A DNA stretch of 64,000 bases from Geopsychrobacteraceae bacterium (GTDB lineage Bacteria > Desulfobacterota > Desulfuromonadia > Desulfuromonadales > Geopsychrobacteraceae): NCBI GenBank assembly GCA_963662315.1, contig OY759353.1, positions 2,528,001-2,592,000 on the forward strand. The letters run 5' to 3'. Positions 39,381 through 48,466 of the stretch are shown one piece after another (the stretch's first letter is position 1; each line of letters begins with the position of its first letter). The position numbers and the translations under genes were made by a program. Under the pieces are notes generated by a model, which worked only from the letters and a program-made list of their open reading frames with translations, was not told the DNA's origin and searched no databases.

Positions 39381-41933
39381 TTAAAAACTAGCAACAGCTG
39401 CCGCACCTAAAGCCATCTGGTAGATAACGGTACTAATATCCTTCATCTCACGCATCCAGTCGGTAGACTTGACTTCTTCTGGGACGAGGACGGTATCTCC
39501 CGGGTAGAGCTCCGTGACATTGAAACCACCAACGACCCAGCGCCAGTTTTCGCTGTCCCATTTAATGCCCATCCCACCTTGTTGTTTGCTGACCACGGTT
39601 CCGTTAGCGCGGACGATAAACATCTCATCTTCCTCAGCTGTTTTCTTCAACCCGCCAACCTGACCCAAGTAATAAGCAACCGGTTTACCAGGAGAATAAG
39701 TCATAGAAGTCGGGTTATAAACCTGCCCCAGCACAGTAACAGATTTGGGATTTTCAGGGATCTTCAGGGTATCCCCCGGCAGAACTTCAATATCATAGAC
39801 ACTGCCACGGAATTTATCGAGATCATCAACATGGGTGATCATACGCCCTGTCACGGGAGCTTGTCTTAGTTTTTGCAGTAACTGTTTCCGGCTTTCAAGG
39901 TTGATCTGGGCTGATTCAGCCTGAGCCTGGTCTAAAGCCCCGGCAGCAAGTTCGGACGAGACACGATAGACTTCCTGTTCCTGCTCAGAAATCAGCTTTT
40001 CCAGTTGCTGGCGCTGAACAGCTTTGAGGGTTTCCCGGGTAAAAACAGCTCCCCTGAAATAAGCTTTATCGGTAAAACCGCCAGCCCTTTCCAAGACGGA
40101 ACTAAGCCGTTCCCCCTTGCTGATCGCATAGGAGCCAGGAAACTTTACTTCACCTTGAACCTGGATAAAATATTTCTCACCGGAATCGGGGACATTACGG
40201 ATAATAAGCTGATCATCAGGCATCAGCTGTAAATCGTGTTGAGGGTCCCCACTCAGGGCTTTAGCGAGATTGATCTGATAGCGCTCTGTGCGGGTTCCGG
40301 CCTCTTCGGGAATATATCGCGTAATCTCTGCTTCACCAAGGTAGGCAACCCGCTTAACATTACCAGCCAGGGTCACCAGGTCTTTGACCGTCATGTTGTC
40401 ATACAGTCGATACTGCCCAGGGTTCAACACCGCTCCGGAAACAACAACCTGAGGAGTTTCTTCCATCTGACTGCGCGAAAAAATTTTAATCTCGTCATAC
40501 TCCTGAAGCAGAATATTCTGCTTGGGATCACCATTGATAGCCTTGTCAAAATCAATAGAAATGGATTCAGGTCGGTACTGAGGAGGATTGTAACGTATAA
40601 TTTGCGCTAATCCCGGGAAATATTCGGGCAGCAGATTATCGTAAGGTAAAATCAGGTCACTGACTCGCATTCCTTTAGTCAGTTGATATGTTCCGGGACG
40701 AGTGACATAACCTTTGAGGGTGACATATCCGCCTGAACTGACAATAGAAGCGACCTTGATCAGATCACGGTCCTGAAGATTAAATGCCTGCAACGAATTA
40801 TTGGTATGAGTTACTTCAGACAGATCCAGATCCAATACTACCCTGCCCTGATTAGCCTCGACCCGCTCAACCTGAACACGCTGCAAATATGCGGTTGGGG
40901 TAATGCCTCCAGCTAGAGCCAAAGCTTTATCCAACTGAAGGTTTCCTATCAGCTCGTATACTGCAGGCCTCCGGACATTGCCGGCGATGCCGACCAAGGG
41001 GCCGCTGACTGGAACAAAAATCGTGTCTCCGGATTGCAGACGAACATCAATACTTTTATCACCAGACAAGAAGAAATCGTAGAAATCAATTATGCTAACC
41101 AACTGCCCATTACGCATTAATTGAACATTACGCAAACTTCCGTTGGTACTAACCCCCCCGGCCTGTGACAATGTTGTCAATACTGTGGCCAAGGAAGACA
41201 CCCGGTATGGACCGGGATTATTAACTTCGCCGACCAGATACACCTGGATAGAACGCAACTGGCCAAGCGTTAAGTTCATTTCAAAATTCTTGAAATATTT
41301 AGATATTTGACGCTTTACAGTGTCACGGGCCTGCGCCAGGCTCTGACCCCAGAGATGAATAACCCCCACTTTTGGCAGGGTGACATCACCATTACGGTCG
41401 ACGGGTACAGCATAATTCCCTTCAATATTACCCCAGACATCGATTTTTAACATATCTCCGGGGCCAATGACATAGTCGGGACCAACCAGAGACAACTGGT
41501 CGGGTTGAAACCCGCCAGCTTTCTTGAAAAAGTCAAACCCAAAGCGTTTAAGTTTCAGATTTACACTACCAACCTGCTTTTTATGAATACTCTCTGCAGA
41601 TCCGTCGTTGACATCGGTATTAAATGGATTTGCAAAATCAAAGGCTTCAGCCACACTAGAAGAATCAACTGGCGCATTGAGGGGTTGTTGAGCATTCGCC
41701 ATATCGGCATTCAACAATCCAGAGTTCTGAACACCCTGCAAACCAGGAGAAGACATATCAAGACCAGCTTGCCCTCCGGCAAGCTGTCCACCCACGACCT
41801 GGACACCTGCAACCGGTTCAGCAAAAGTCAGCGAGGTGAAACTTATACTTAACAACACCAGAAACAAAAATATAATAGAAGTTCTATTCATAGCCCAATT
41901 CACTAAAGTCAGCTTTCTTCTAGAGCGTCCCAT
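39381..41933 (-). CDS. Polysaccharide export protein with multiple SLBB domains (Wza/KpsD-like); alternative start 41891
   Basis: DYVIGPGD, repeated V.G.V..PG.Y / AGG / L..GD units. Confidence 0.9.
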   Translation of the reverse strand: MGRSRRKLTLVNWAMNRTSIIFLFLVLLSISFTSLTFAEPVAGVQVVGGQLAGGQAGLDMSSPGLQGVQNSGLLNADMANAQQPLNAPVDSSSVAEAFDFANPFNTDVNDGSAESIHKKQVGSVNLKLKRFGFDFFKKAGGFQPDQLSLVGPDYVIGPGDMLKIDVWGNIEGNYAVPVDRNGDVTLPKVGVIHLWGQSLAQARDTVKRQISKYFKNFEMNLTLGQLRSIQVYLVGEVNNPGPYRVSSLATVLTTLSQAGGVSTNGSLRNVQLMRNGQLVSIIDFYDFFLSGDKSIDVRLQSGDTIFVPVSGPLVGIAGNVRRPAVYELIGNLQLDKALALAGGITPTAYLQRVQVERVEANQGRVVLDLDLSEVTHTNNSLQAFNLQDRDLIKVASIVSSGGYVTLKGYVTRPGTYQLTKGMRVSDLILPYDNLLPEYFPGLAQIIRYNPPQYRPESISIDFDKAINGDPKQNILLQEYDEIKIFSRSQMEETPQVVVSGAVLNPGQYRLYDNMTVKDLVTLAGNVKRVAYLGEAEITRYIPEEAGTRTERYQINLAKALSGDPQHDLQLMPDDQLIIRNVPDSGEKYFIQVQGEVKFPGSYAISKGERLSSVLERAGGFTDKAYFRGAVFTRETLKAVQRQQLEKLISEQEQEVYRVSSELAAGALDQAQAESAQINLESRKQLLQKLRQAPVTGRMITHVDDLDKFRGSVYDIEVLPGDTLKIPENPKSVTVLGQVYNPTSMTYSPGKPVAYYLGQVGGLKKTAEEDEMFIVRANGTVVSKQQGGMGIKWDSENWRWVVGGFNVTELYPGDTVLVPEEVKSTDWMREMKDISTVIYQMALGAAAVASF

Positions 41934-43460
41934 TTACCAATATCCTCGCAATCCAATGGATATCAGACCGACATCCTCACTATTACCAGCAACGAATTCA
42001 AAATTATCAATCTTACCAAAACCTAAAGAACAATCCACAGAATAATGCTCAGCAAATGACCAATCGACCTTAACCAGCCCGTAGGACAGTTCCTCCTGAA
42101 CAAGTTGATCAACTCCCCGCTCCTCATAATCAAGCCCAATAGTCAACAATAACTTTTCGGAGATAATGGCCTGAAGCTCAACATATGCATCTTTAGCTGC
42201 CCCACCAGTGTGATGCCCCATGATGTTGCCTTCATAGGTGTAACCGGATCTATATTGGGAATGGCTGAACCAGGTCGGCAAATGCAGGTCAGCATACTCA
42301 AAGCGCAAGCTCAAACGCTGGCTGGGCTCAACCTGGGGCAAGTAAATCCCGGCAATATAGCCAGTTTTCGAGGGGAAATAATTGGCCTCATCTTCACCGC
42401 CCAACTCACCATATATTTCGGCATTCCAAAGAAAGGGCAAGCGTACCCGGCCATCAATAGCAGCAACAGAGTTACTGGTATCTTCAGCACCAGACAGATT
42501 CTTGCCGCCAAGGATGGTTATATAATCGTCCCAACTGAGATCCGGTCGCCCCTCACCACCAAACATAACAGCCCGTGACGCGCCAAGCTCTACCCATGGC
42601 AATGGCTTAAAATTAAAACGCAAGCCAGCAAAGTAAGGCTCAGGAACAATTCGGTCTTCTTCCAGCTTGCTCCAGAACACATCAAAACGAAACGGTCCGA
42701 GGTATTTAAAAATCCAGGGCAAAAGAGTTGGTGTGGGATTGGTTAAACGGATCATATCAAGAGGCTGGGCATTATTGGTCAACACAATACTGCCATGGCG
42801 CCCCTGCCCCCACCACAAAGACTGCCGTCCGACAGAAACCTCAAAGGCCCCCAACTGCAGAGCAATTCGTCCATCAAACAAACGAACATCTGACTCAGAC
42901 TGGTCACCGTCCTGCAATTGCAGTATTGGTCGTGCCTCAACCAATAAAAAACTTCCAAGACGCGCTTCCCCCTGCAGCACCATCTGAGCATTCTGCTCCT
43001 GGTAACTCAGTCCGTAATTATTAAAGTTAAGGGGAAATTGATTGATAGCAACATTATTACCAGTCGACCTTGCGTTTTTCCCATCCTGATATACATATTT
43101 CAGCTGTATTTCACGAGGCTTAAAGTACCCTTCGCTATAGCCAGAATGAAGATCTGCTAAGGAATCGGCAAATTCCCTTTCCATGCGCCGGATCAGTCCG
43201 GCTATTGCCGGTGACACGTTACTGTAACTTGCCGCATTACCAGCAGCTTCAAGTTGCCGGGCAACTTCATACCTGGTATAAGGCCGCGCTCCCTGCAAAT
43301 CAGAATCAATTAAACCAAGTGCCGACAATTTATCTAAGGCCGAGTAGACCCAACTGTCGAGGGGGACCTGACTTGTAGCCGGGGCAGCGAACACATTCAG
43401 CGGTAAAATGCATAAAAGCAGGAATGAAACAGAGACTTTTTTAAGGGATAGAAACATCAC
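41934..43460 (-). CDS. Capsule assembly Wzi-family outer-membrane protein
   Basis: Signal peptide, GRQSLWWGQG..GS..LTNNA, YGELGGEDE, GH..G, terminal aromatic residue. Confidence 0.85.
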   Translation of the reverse strand: MMFLSLKKVSVSFLLLCILPLNVFAAPATSQVPLDSWVYSALDKLSALGLIDSDLQGARPYTRYEVARQLEAAGNAASYSNVSPAIAGLIRRMEREFADSLADLHSGYSEGYFKPREIQLKYVYQDGKNARSTGNNVAINQFPLNFNNYGLSYQEQNAQMVLQGEARLGSFLLVEARPILQLQDGDQSESDVRLFDGRIALQLGAFEVSVGRQSLWWGQGRHGSIVLTNNAQPLDMIRLTNPTPTLLPWIFKYLGPFRFDVFWSKLEEDRIVPEPYFAGLRFNFKPLPWVELGASRAVMFGGEGRPDLSWDDYITILGGKNLSGAEDTSNSVAAIDGRVRLPFLWNAEIYGELGGEDEANYFPSKTGYIAGIYLPQVEPSQRLSLRFEYADLHLPTWFSHSQYRSGYTYEGNIMGHHTGGAAKDAYVELQAIISEKLLLTIGLDYEERGVDQLVQEELSYGLVKVDWSFAEHYSVDCSLGFGKIDNFEFVAGNSEDVGLISIGLRGYW

Positions 43461-43741
43461 AAACCCATCTAAATACTATTTTTACTCCACATTACAAATA
43501 CAATTAGCCCACAAAACCAATACGATCAATACGGCGCTTAAAGGTAACCGAAAAACAGTATGTATTAGCTTCCAAAGGTAAGATTGTACCTGATCCCCCA
43601 ATATAAAACATAAACGGCGTGACTGAGACAAAACACTGGAAAGTTCCGTTAAAAACAGAATGAAGCAGAACTTATATCAAATTCTGTATAAAAGAGCTAT
43701 GTATTTTCCGTTTCACCAGATTCTGGAAATATAGACAAGAC

Positions 43742-43774
43742 AAAACGAGTTCCTTCGACAAGGGAACTCGTTTT
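43742..43774 (-). terminator. Terminator downstream of tRNA-Ser
   Basis: aaaacgagttcc...ggaactcgtttt hairpin. Confidence 0.8.
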
Positions 43775-43781
43775 AAATAAA

Positions 43782-43869
43782 TGGCGGAGAGGGGGAGATT
43801 CGAACTCCCGGTCCCTTGCGGGACAACAGATTTCGAGTCTGTCACCTTCGGCCTCTCGGACACCTCTCC
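43782..43869 (-). tRNA. tRNA-Ser(CGA)
   Basis: GGAGAGG acceptor, ACAGA-CTCGAAA-TCTGT anticodon arm, long variable arm, GTTCGAATC, G-CCA end. Confidence 0.96.
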
Positions 43870-43873
43870 GTTG

Positions 43874-44368
43874 TTACTTATTTTCTTGTTTTCGGGCCCT
43901 GTTACGATCACGCAGCTTTTTAAAAAAGGCGCTTAACTGGGTGCTGCATTCTTCCTGCAAGACCCCTTCGCGGACGTCAACTTTATGATTGAAACGTTCG
44001 TCTTCGGCGAAGTTATAGATGGAACCAACCGCACCGACACGGGGATCCCGACAGCCGTAAACCAGGTGCGGGATGCGCGCTAGAATAATCGCCCCCATAC
44101 ACATGACACATGGTTCCAACGTCACATACAGAGTACAGTCGAGTAAGCGCCATGACCCCAGTTTCTCAGCAGCCTGCCTGATGGCGATCATTTCGGCGTG
44201 GGTGGTTGGATCATTGCTGGTTTCGCGCAGATTGTGCCCGCGCCCGATGATTTCACCGCCAAAAACTATGACAGCACCAATCGGAACTTCAGCAAGAACT
44301 TCAGCAAGGGCTGCTTCATTAAGCGCCTCCTGCATGTAGAAGCGATCAAGCTCCCATAAGTTATCCAT
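43874..44368 (-). CDS. tadA: tRNA adenosine(34) deaminase
   Basis: EVPIGAV, HAE, LYVTLEPCVMC. Confidence 0.94.
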   Translation of the reverse strand: MDNLWELDRFYMQEALNEAALAEVLAEVPIGAVIVFGGEIIGRGHNLRETSNDPTTHAEMIAIRQAAEKLGSWRLLDCTLYVTLEPCVMCMGAIILARIPHLVYGCRDPRVGAVGSIYNFAEDERFNHKVDVREGVLQEECSTQLSAFFKKLRDRNRARKQENK

Positions 44369-44438
44369 GCAAACCACACCTGTCGTCTTTCCTTCGGCAG
44401 GATTGTGCTTCTAACATGAAAATAGTTTTATTTCAAGG

Positions 44439-45269
44439 TCAAAGCATCCGTTGCGGCCAATCGGTACAAATGAAAAAGACGCCAAGCTCTTTGAATTTTT
44501 CCGCTTCAACCTTGCTATTGACGGTCCAGACATTGACTTCAATACCATGTACGTTTAACTCATGAATTAAATGCGCGTCCGCAACGCTCCAGTGTGGATG
44601 ATATGCGTCGCAGCCCAGATCTTTCAGATAATCGATCAAACCATCAGGGTGGGAGGTTTCAACCAGGGCTGCCGTTGCCAAACTCTTATTGTTCTGGCGG
44701 ATATAACGCAGATAGTCGTGGTTGAATGACGATATCAGAACCAACTCAGTCGTATCAGTGGCAACAAGCAGATCCATTACCTTCTCAACCGTGATGGTCC
44801 CTAAAACTGCATCTTTTTGATCTTTAATTTCCAGATTGATGGGGAATTGATGCTGGCGGCAATACTCAAGCGCTTCACGGCAGCTTGGAATTTTTTGCCT
44901 GCAGATTGCTTGAAGATCTTGGGCTGTTACCTCTCCCGATATGATCGTTGCATAAGGATCATTCTCAACAAACCAGTTTCCAGCATTCAACAGCTGCAAT
45001 TCAGTCCAGAAAAACTGGCTTATCCTGTTGTTTTTCCGGCCACCATATTGTGGGCATAAAGAGATATTGGTCGTCCGCTCGAGTGAATCATCGTGAAACA
45101 GAACCAGCTCACCATCCGCCGTTAACTGAACATCCGTTTCCCACAAATCAGCTCCACACAAACGTGCCTGCTCAAGGGCGAACATGGTATTTTCAGGGGC
45201 GATGGATCGCGCGCCACGGTGGGCGCAGATAAGACCCTTATGAGAAAAACGCTGGAAAAATGGTTTCAT
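44439..45269 (-). CDS. Glycerophosphodiester phosphodiesterase
   Basis: AHRG..PENT, ETDV, HD, NLEIK, SSF, WTVN, TDWP. Confidence 0.9.
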   Translation of the reverse strand: MKPFFQRFSHKGLICAHRGARSIAPENTMFALEQARLCGADLWETDVQLTADGELVLFHDDSLERTTNISLCPQYGGRKNNRISQFFWTELQLLNAGNWFVENDPYATIISGEVTAQDLQAICRQKIPSCREALEYCRQHQFPINLEIKDQKDAVLGTITVEKVMDLLVATDTTELVLISSFNHDYLRYIRQNNKSLATAALVETSHPDGLIDYLKDLGCDAYHPHWSVADAHLIHELNVHGIEVNVWTVNSKVEAEKFKELGVFFICTDWPQRML

Positions 45270-45314
45270 TGAGAGACCGTTTGATTGTTAAAAGTCAAAA
45301 AAACAAAAGTTATT

Positions 45315-45396
45315 TCACCGCAAAGGCGCTAAGGACTCCAAGGAAAATCATTACCAAACTTCGCCGTTCTTGGCGTTCCTTGCGTCTTTGCGGTGA
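45315..45396. repeat. Intergenic inverted repeat with CACCGCAAAGGCGC arms (copy 3)
   Basis: tcaccgcaaaggcgctaagg ... ccttgcgtctttgcggtga. Confidence 0.7.
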
Positions 45397-45414
45397 TTTA
45401 TTCATGTTTTGCTA

Positions 45415-46176
45415 CTACCGCCCCATCCAGCCACCATCAACAACCATCACTTCACCATGCATGTAGTCTGATGCGGCCGATGCGAGAAACACAACAGGTC
45501 CGGCAAAATCTTCTGGAACACCCCAGCGACCAGCCGGGATTCTATCGAGAATCGCTTTGCTTCTGACCGGATCATCCTGCAGGGCTTGAGTATTGTCGGT
45601 TTTGATATAACCGGGTGCAATGGCATTGACGTTTACACCTTTACCGGCCCACTCATTAGCCAGAGCCTTGGTCAACTGCCCGATACCTCCCTTGCTGGCA
45701 GCGTAACCTGGAACGGTAATGCCACCCTGAAAAGTCAGCAAAGAAGCGGTAAAAATCACTTTACCGGCGCCGCGCTCAAGCATGCCTTTACCTATTTCCC
45801 GCGATAGCACGAACTGGGAACTCAGGTTGACTTCGATCACCTCGTCCCAGAGCTCATCAGGATGCTCGGCCGCCGGCGCCCGCTTGATCGTCCCGGCATT
45901 GTTGACCAGTATATCAATAACCGGGTGAGCTGCGGCCACCTCGGTGATAAAGCGACGCAACGCCTGACGGTCACTGAAATCGCACTGATAAGCCTTAAAG
46001 TTGCGCCCACAAGCGGTAACTTCTTGTTCAACAGCGCTGCCGGTCAATTCCAGCGACGCACTGACACCGATAATATCAGCGCCAGCCTTGGCCAAAGCAA
46101 CAGCCATTCCTTTACCGATACCGCGTTTACAGCCGGTGACCAATGCGGTCTTACCTGCAAGAGAGAACATGTCCAT
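45415..46176 (-). CDS. kduD: 2-dehydro-3-deoxy-D-gluconate 5-dehydrogenase (SDR)
   Basis: TGCKRGIG, NNAG, ASLLTFQGG, YAASK, RIPAGRWG, VDGGWMGR; kduI nearby. Confidence 0.85.
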   Translation of the reverse strand: MDMFSLAGKTALVTGCKRGIGKGMAVALAKAGADIIGVSASLELTGSAVEQEVTACGRNFKAYQCDFSDRQALRRFITEVAAAHPVIDILVNNAGTIKRAPAAEHPDELWDEVIEVNLSSQFVLSREIGKGMLERGAGKVIFTASLLTFQGGITVPGYAASKGGIGQLTKALANEWAGKGVNVNAIAPGYIKTDNTQALQDDPVRSKAILDRIPAGRWGVPEDFAGPVVFLASAASDYMHGEVMVVDGGWMGR

Positions 46177-46224
46177 AACAAACTCCATAACTATTAAAAC
46201 AGCTGAGTTTCAGATTGGAAACTC

Positions 46225-47250
46225 TTAGATTTCGATAACCGCCTTCACCACACCTGTTTCCGGCTTTGTCCAGCTTTCAAATGTGTCGATAGTCTCTCCG
46301 AACTGGCACCGGTGGGTCACCATCGGGTCCGTATTGACTTTGCCTTGCGCCATACACTCCATCACCCACTCAAAATCTTCTTTATTGGCATTACGGCTGG
46401 AAAGCAGGGTTGTTTCCCGCTTGTGGAATTCCGGATCAGGGAAGGTAATATCAGCAGTCACCAGACTGACCAGCACGTAACGACCGGTGTGCCCCAGGAG
46501 CAGGAACCCATCCATCATCGCCTTGGGATTGCCGGTGCAATCGAAAATCACCGTCGGCATATCGCCATTGGTAAATTCCGCCAGTTTCTCCTTCGGATCA
46601 TCAACTCCAGCCTGGATGGTATTTGTAAAACCTAATTCATTTTTAGCCACGGCAAGGCGTTTATCGGACATATCCATGACGATGACATCACCGCCAGCCA
46701 CCCGGGCAAACTGCATCAGCCCCAACCCGATCGGTCCGGCACCGACAACCAGGACCTTTTCCCCTGGGTTGATCTGGGCCCGGCGCACAGCGTGGGCACC
46801 AATGGCGCAACACTCAACCATCGCCAGCTGATCAGGATTAAGAGATTCACTTTTAATCAGATTTTCCACTGGCAGCGCCATATACTCGCACATGCCCCCA
46901 TCACTGTGCACTCCACGCAAATTAATATTAACGCAGCAGTTCGGCTTATTGTTGCGACACGCAATACAGGTTCCACAACCGATAACCGGAACAATGCACA
47001 CCGCATCGCCAACAGCCAAATGCGTCACCCCTGTGGGCAATTGCTCAACAACAGCGGCAAGTTCATGCCCCAACACCCGGGGATAATTGAAGAACGGCTG
47101 ATTTCCGGCAAAGGCATGGAGGTCCGTGCCACAAATACCGACCCGGGTAATCCGCACCAGCGCTTCCCCTTCTTTGGGCACCGGAACAGGCTGGTCGGAC
47201 ATGACAAATTTACCCGGGGTTTCACAGGTTAAGGTTTTCATTGTTTTCAT
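46225..47250 (-). CDS. Zn-dependent sugar-acid dehydrogenase (L-galactonate/L-gulonate dehydrogenase-like)
   Basis: GICGTD, GHE, C..C..C...C, GAGPIG, FHKRE.TL.SSRNA. Confidence 0.82.
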   Translation of the reverse strand: MKTMKTLTCETPGKFVMSDQPVPVPKEGEALVRITRVGICGTDLHAFAGNQPFFNYPRVLGHELAAVVEQLPTGVTHLAVGDAVCIVPVIGCGTCIACRNNKPNCCVNINLRGVHSDGGMCEYMALPVENLIKSESLNPDQLAMVECCAIGAHAVRRAQINPGEKVLVVGAGPIGLGLMQFARVAGGDVIVMDMSDKRLAVAKNELGFTNTIQAGVDDPKEKLAEFTNGDMPTVIFDCTGNPKAMMDGFLLLGHTGRYVLVSLVTADITFPDPEFHKRETTLLSSRNANKEDFEWVMECMAQGKVNTDPMVTHRCQFGETIDTFESWTKPETGVVKAVIEI

Positions 47251-47404
47251 AGCATTTATCCTTCTATGACAATTTGATTTAGAGGTTGAGGCAGTGGCTG
47301 GAAATCGTTTATGGCCACTAAGACATCAGCTCTCATGATGTTTCGCCATCTCAAATTTGAAAATTCAGATTTAAAATCGCGAAACGCAATGAGCATTAGG
47401 TGAT

Positions 47405-47438
47405 AAAAAAAGAGAGCCGCCGATCTCCGGCGGCTCTC
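47405..47438 (-). terminator. Terminator after TRAP dctP
   Basis: gagagccgccg/cggcggctctc stem followed by T7 on the minus strand. Confidence 0.85.
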
Positions 47439-47480
47439 CGGGTGGAACTAAAATACTAACCGGGTGCCCCGGCCAGCAGC

Positions 47481-48452
47481 TTACTTCTGCTTGTCCTGAA
47501 TCATTTTGATCAGACCATTTTTGTATTTGGCCTCATAAGCATCCTGCAGGTACTTGACCTTTGCCACGAACGGAGCGATATCAGCGATCTCATTGAACTC
47601 GCACCAGCCTTTTTCGGTCATTTCCTTGACCATGGCGCTCTCTTTTTCATTCCACCACTGACGTTCGAGCTTGCTGGCTTCCAAAGCGATTTCCTTGAGG
47701 ATAGCAAGGTTCTTTTCACCCATTTTCTTAGCGGTGACTTTGCTCAAAGCAACCAGGTCAGGAGTCAGCAGGTGTTTGGAGTAAGAGAAGTATTTGGACT
47801 GCTCGTACAGCTTCAAGGTATACAGGGTGACCGGGCTGTTTTCCCAGCCATCCAGAACACCCTGCTGCAGAGCGGAATATACTTCTGACTGGCTCATCGG
47901 CGTTGCAATGGCACCCAGGGCATTCATGGCTTCGATAACCATCTTAACGCCAATAACGCGGATTTTCAGACCTTTGAGATCATCAGGAGTATTGATCGGA
48001 CGCTCATTGTTGATAAAACTACGAGCACCACCATAGAAGTAAGTCAAAGGCACAAAACCTTTTTTCTCCAGGGATTTAGCCAGAATGTCGCCGGCCTCAC
48101 CTTGCAGGGATTCGAACAGAGCATCTTCAGATTGGAACAGGAACGGCAGAGCCAGAATATCCATTTCCGGAACATAAGAGGAGAAGGTTCCGGCAAACTG
48201 TTGGGCGATATCAACCGTACCAAGCACAACACCTTCAACCATCTCTTTGTTGCCACCCAACTGGCTGTTTGGATAAACATCCATCTTGACTTCGCCATTG
48301 GTGCGCTTGACAATTTCTTTACTCATGTAACGCAGCGCCATGGTCATTGGGTGGTCTTCGGGCAGTGTGTTGGTCGCCTTCAAAGTAATCGCAGCAAAAC
48401 CACTACTTGCGACCATCAGGAACATCAGGGTTAAAACTATCAGCCTCTTCAT
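47481..48452 (-). CDS. TRAP transporter substrate-binding protein (DctP)
   Basis: Signal peptide, YPNSQLG, LPFLF, DLKGLKIR, EVYSALQQGVLDG.EN; start at MKRLIV. Confidence 0.92.
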   Translation of the reverse strand: MKRLIVLTLMFLMVASSGFAAITLKATNTLPEDHPMTMALRYMSKEIVKRTNGEVKMDVYPNSQLGGNKEMVEGVVLGTVDIAQQFAGTFSSYVPEMDILALPFLFQSEDALFESLQGEAGDILAKSLEKKGFVPLTYFYGGARSFINNERPINTPDDLKGLKIRVIGVKMVIEAMNALGAIATPMSQSEVYSALQQGVLDGWENSPVTLYTLKLYEQSKYFSYSKHLLTPDLVALSKVTAKKMGEKNLAILKEIALEASKLERQWWNEKESAMVKEMTEKGWCEFNEIADIAPFVAKVKYLQDAYEAKYKNGLIKMIQDKQK

Positions 48453-48466
48453 TGTAAGCCTCCTAA

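Noticed and set aside
43461..43741. JUMPstart/ops element upstream of wzi
   Set aside because: No GGCGGTAG-type ops sequence seen.
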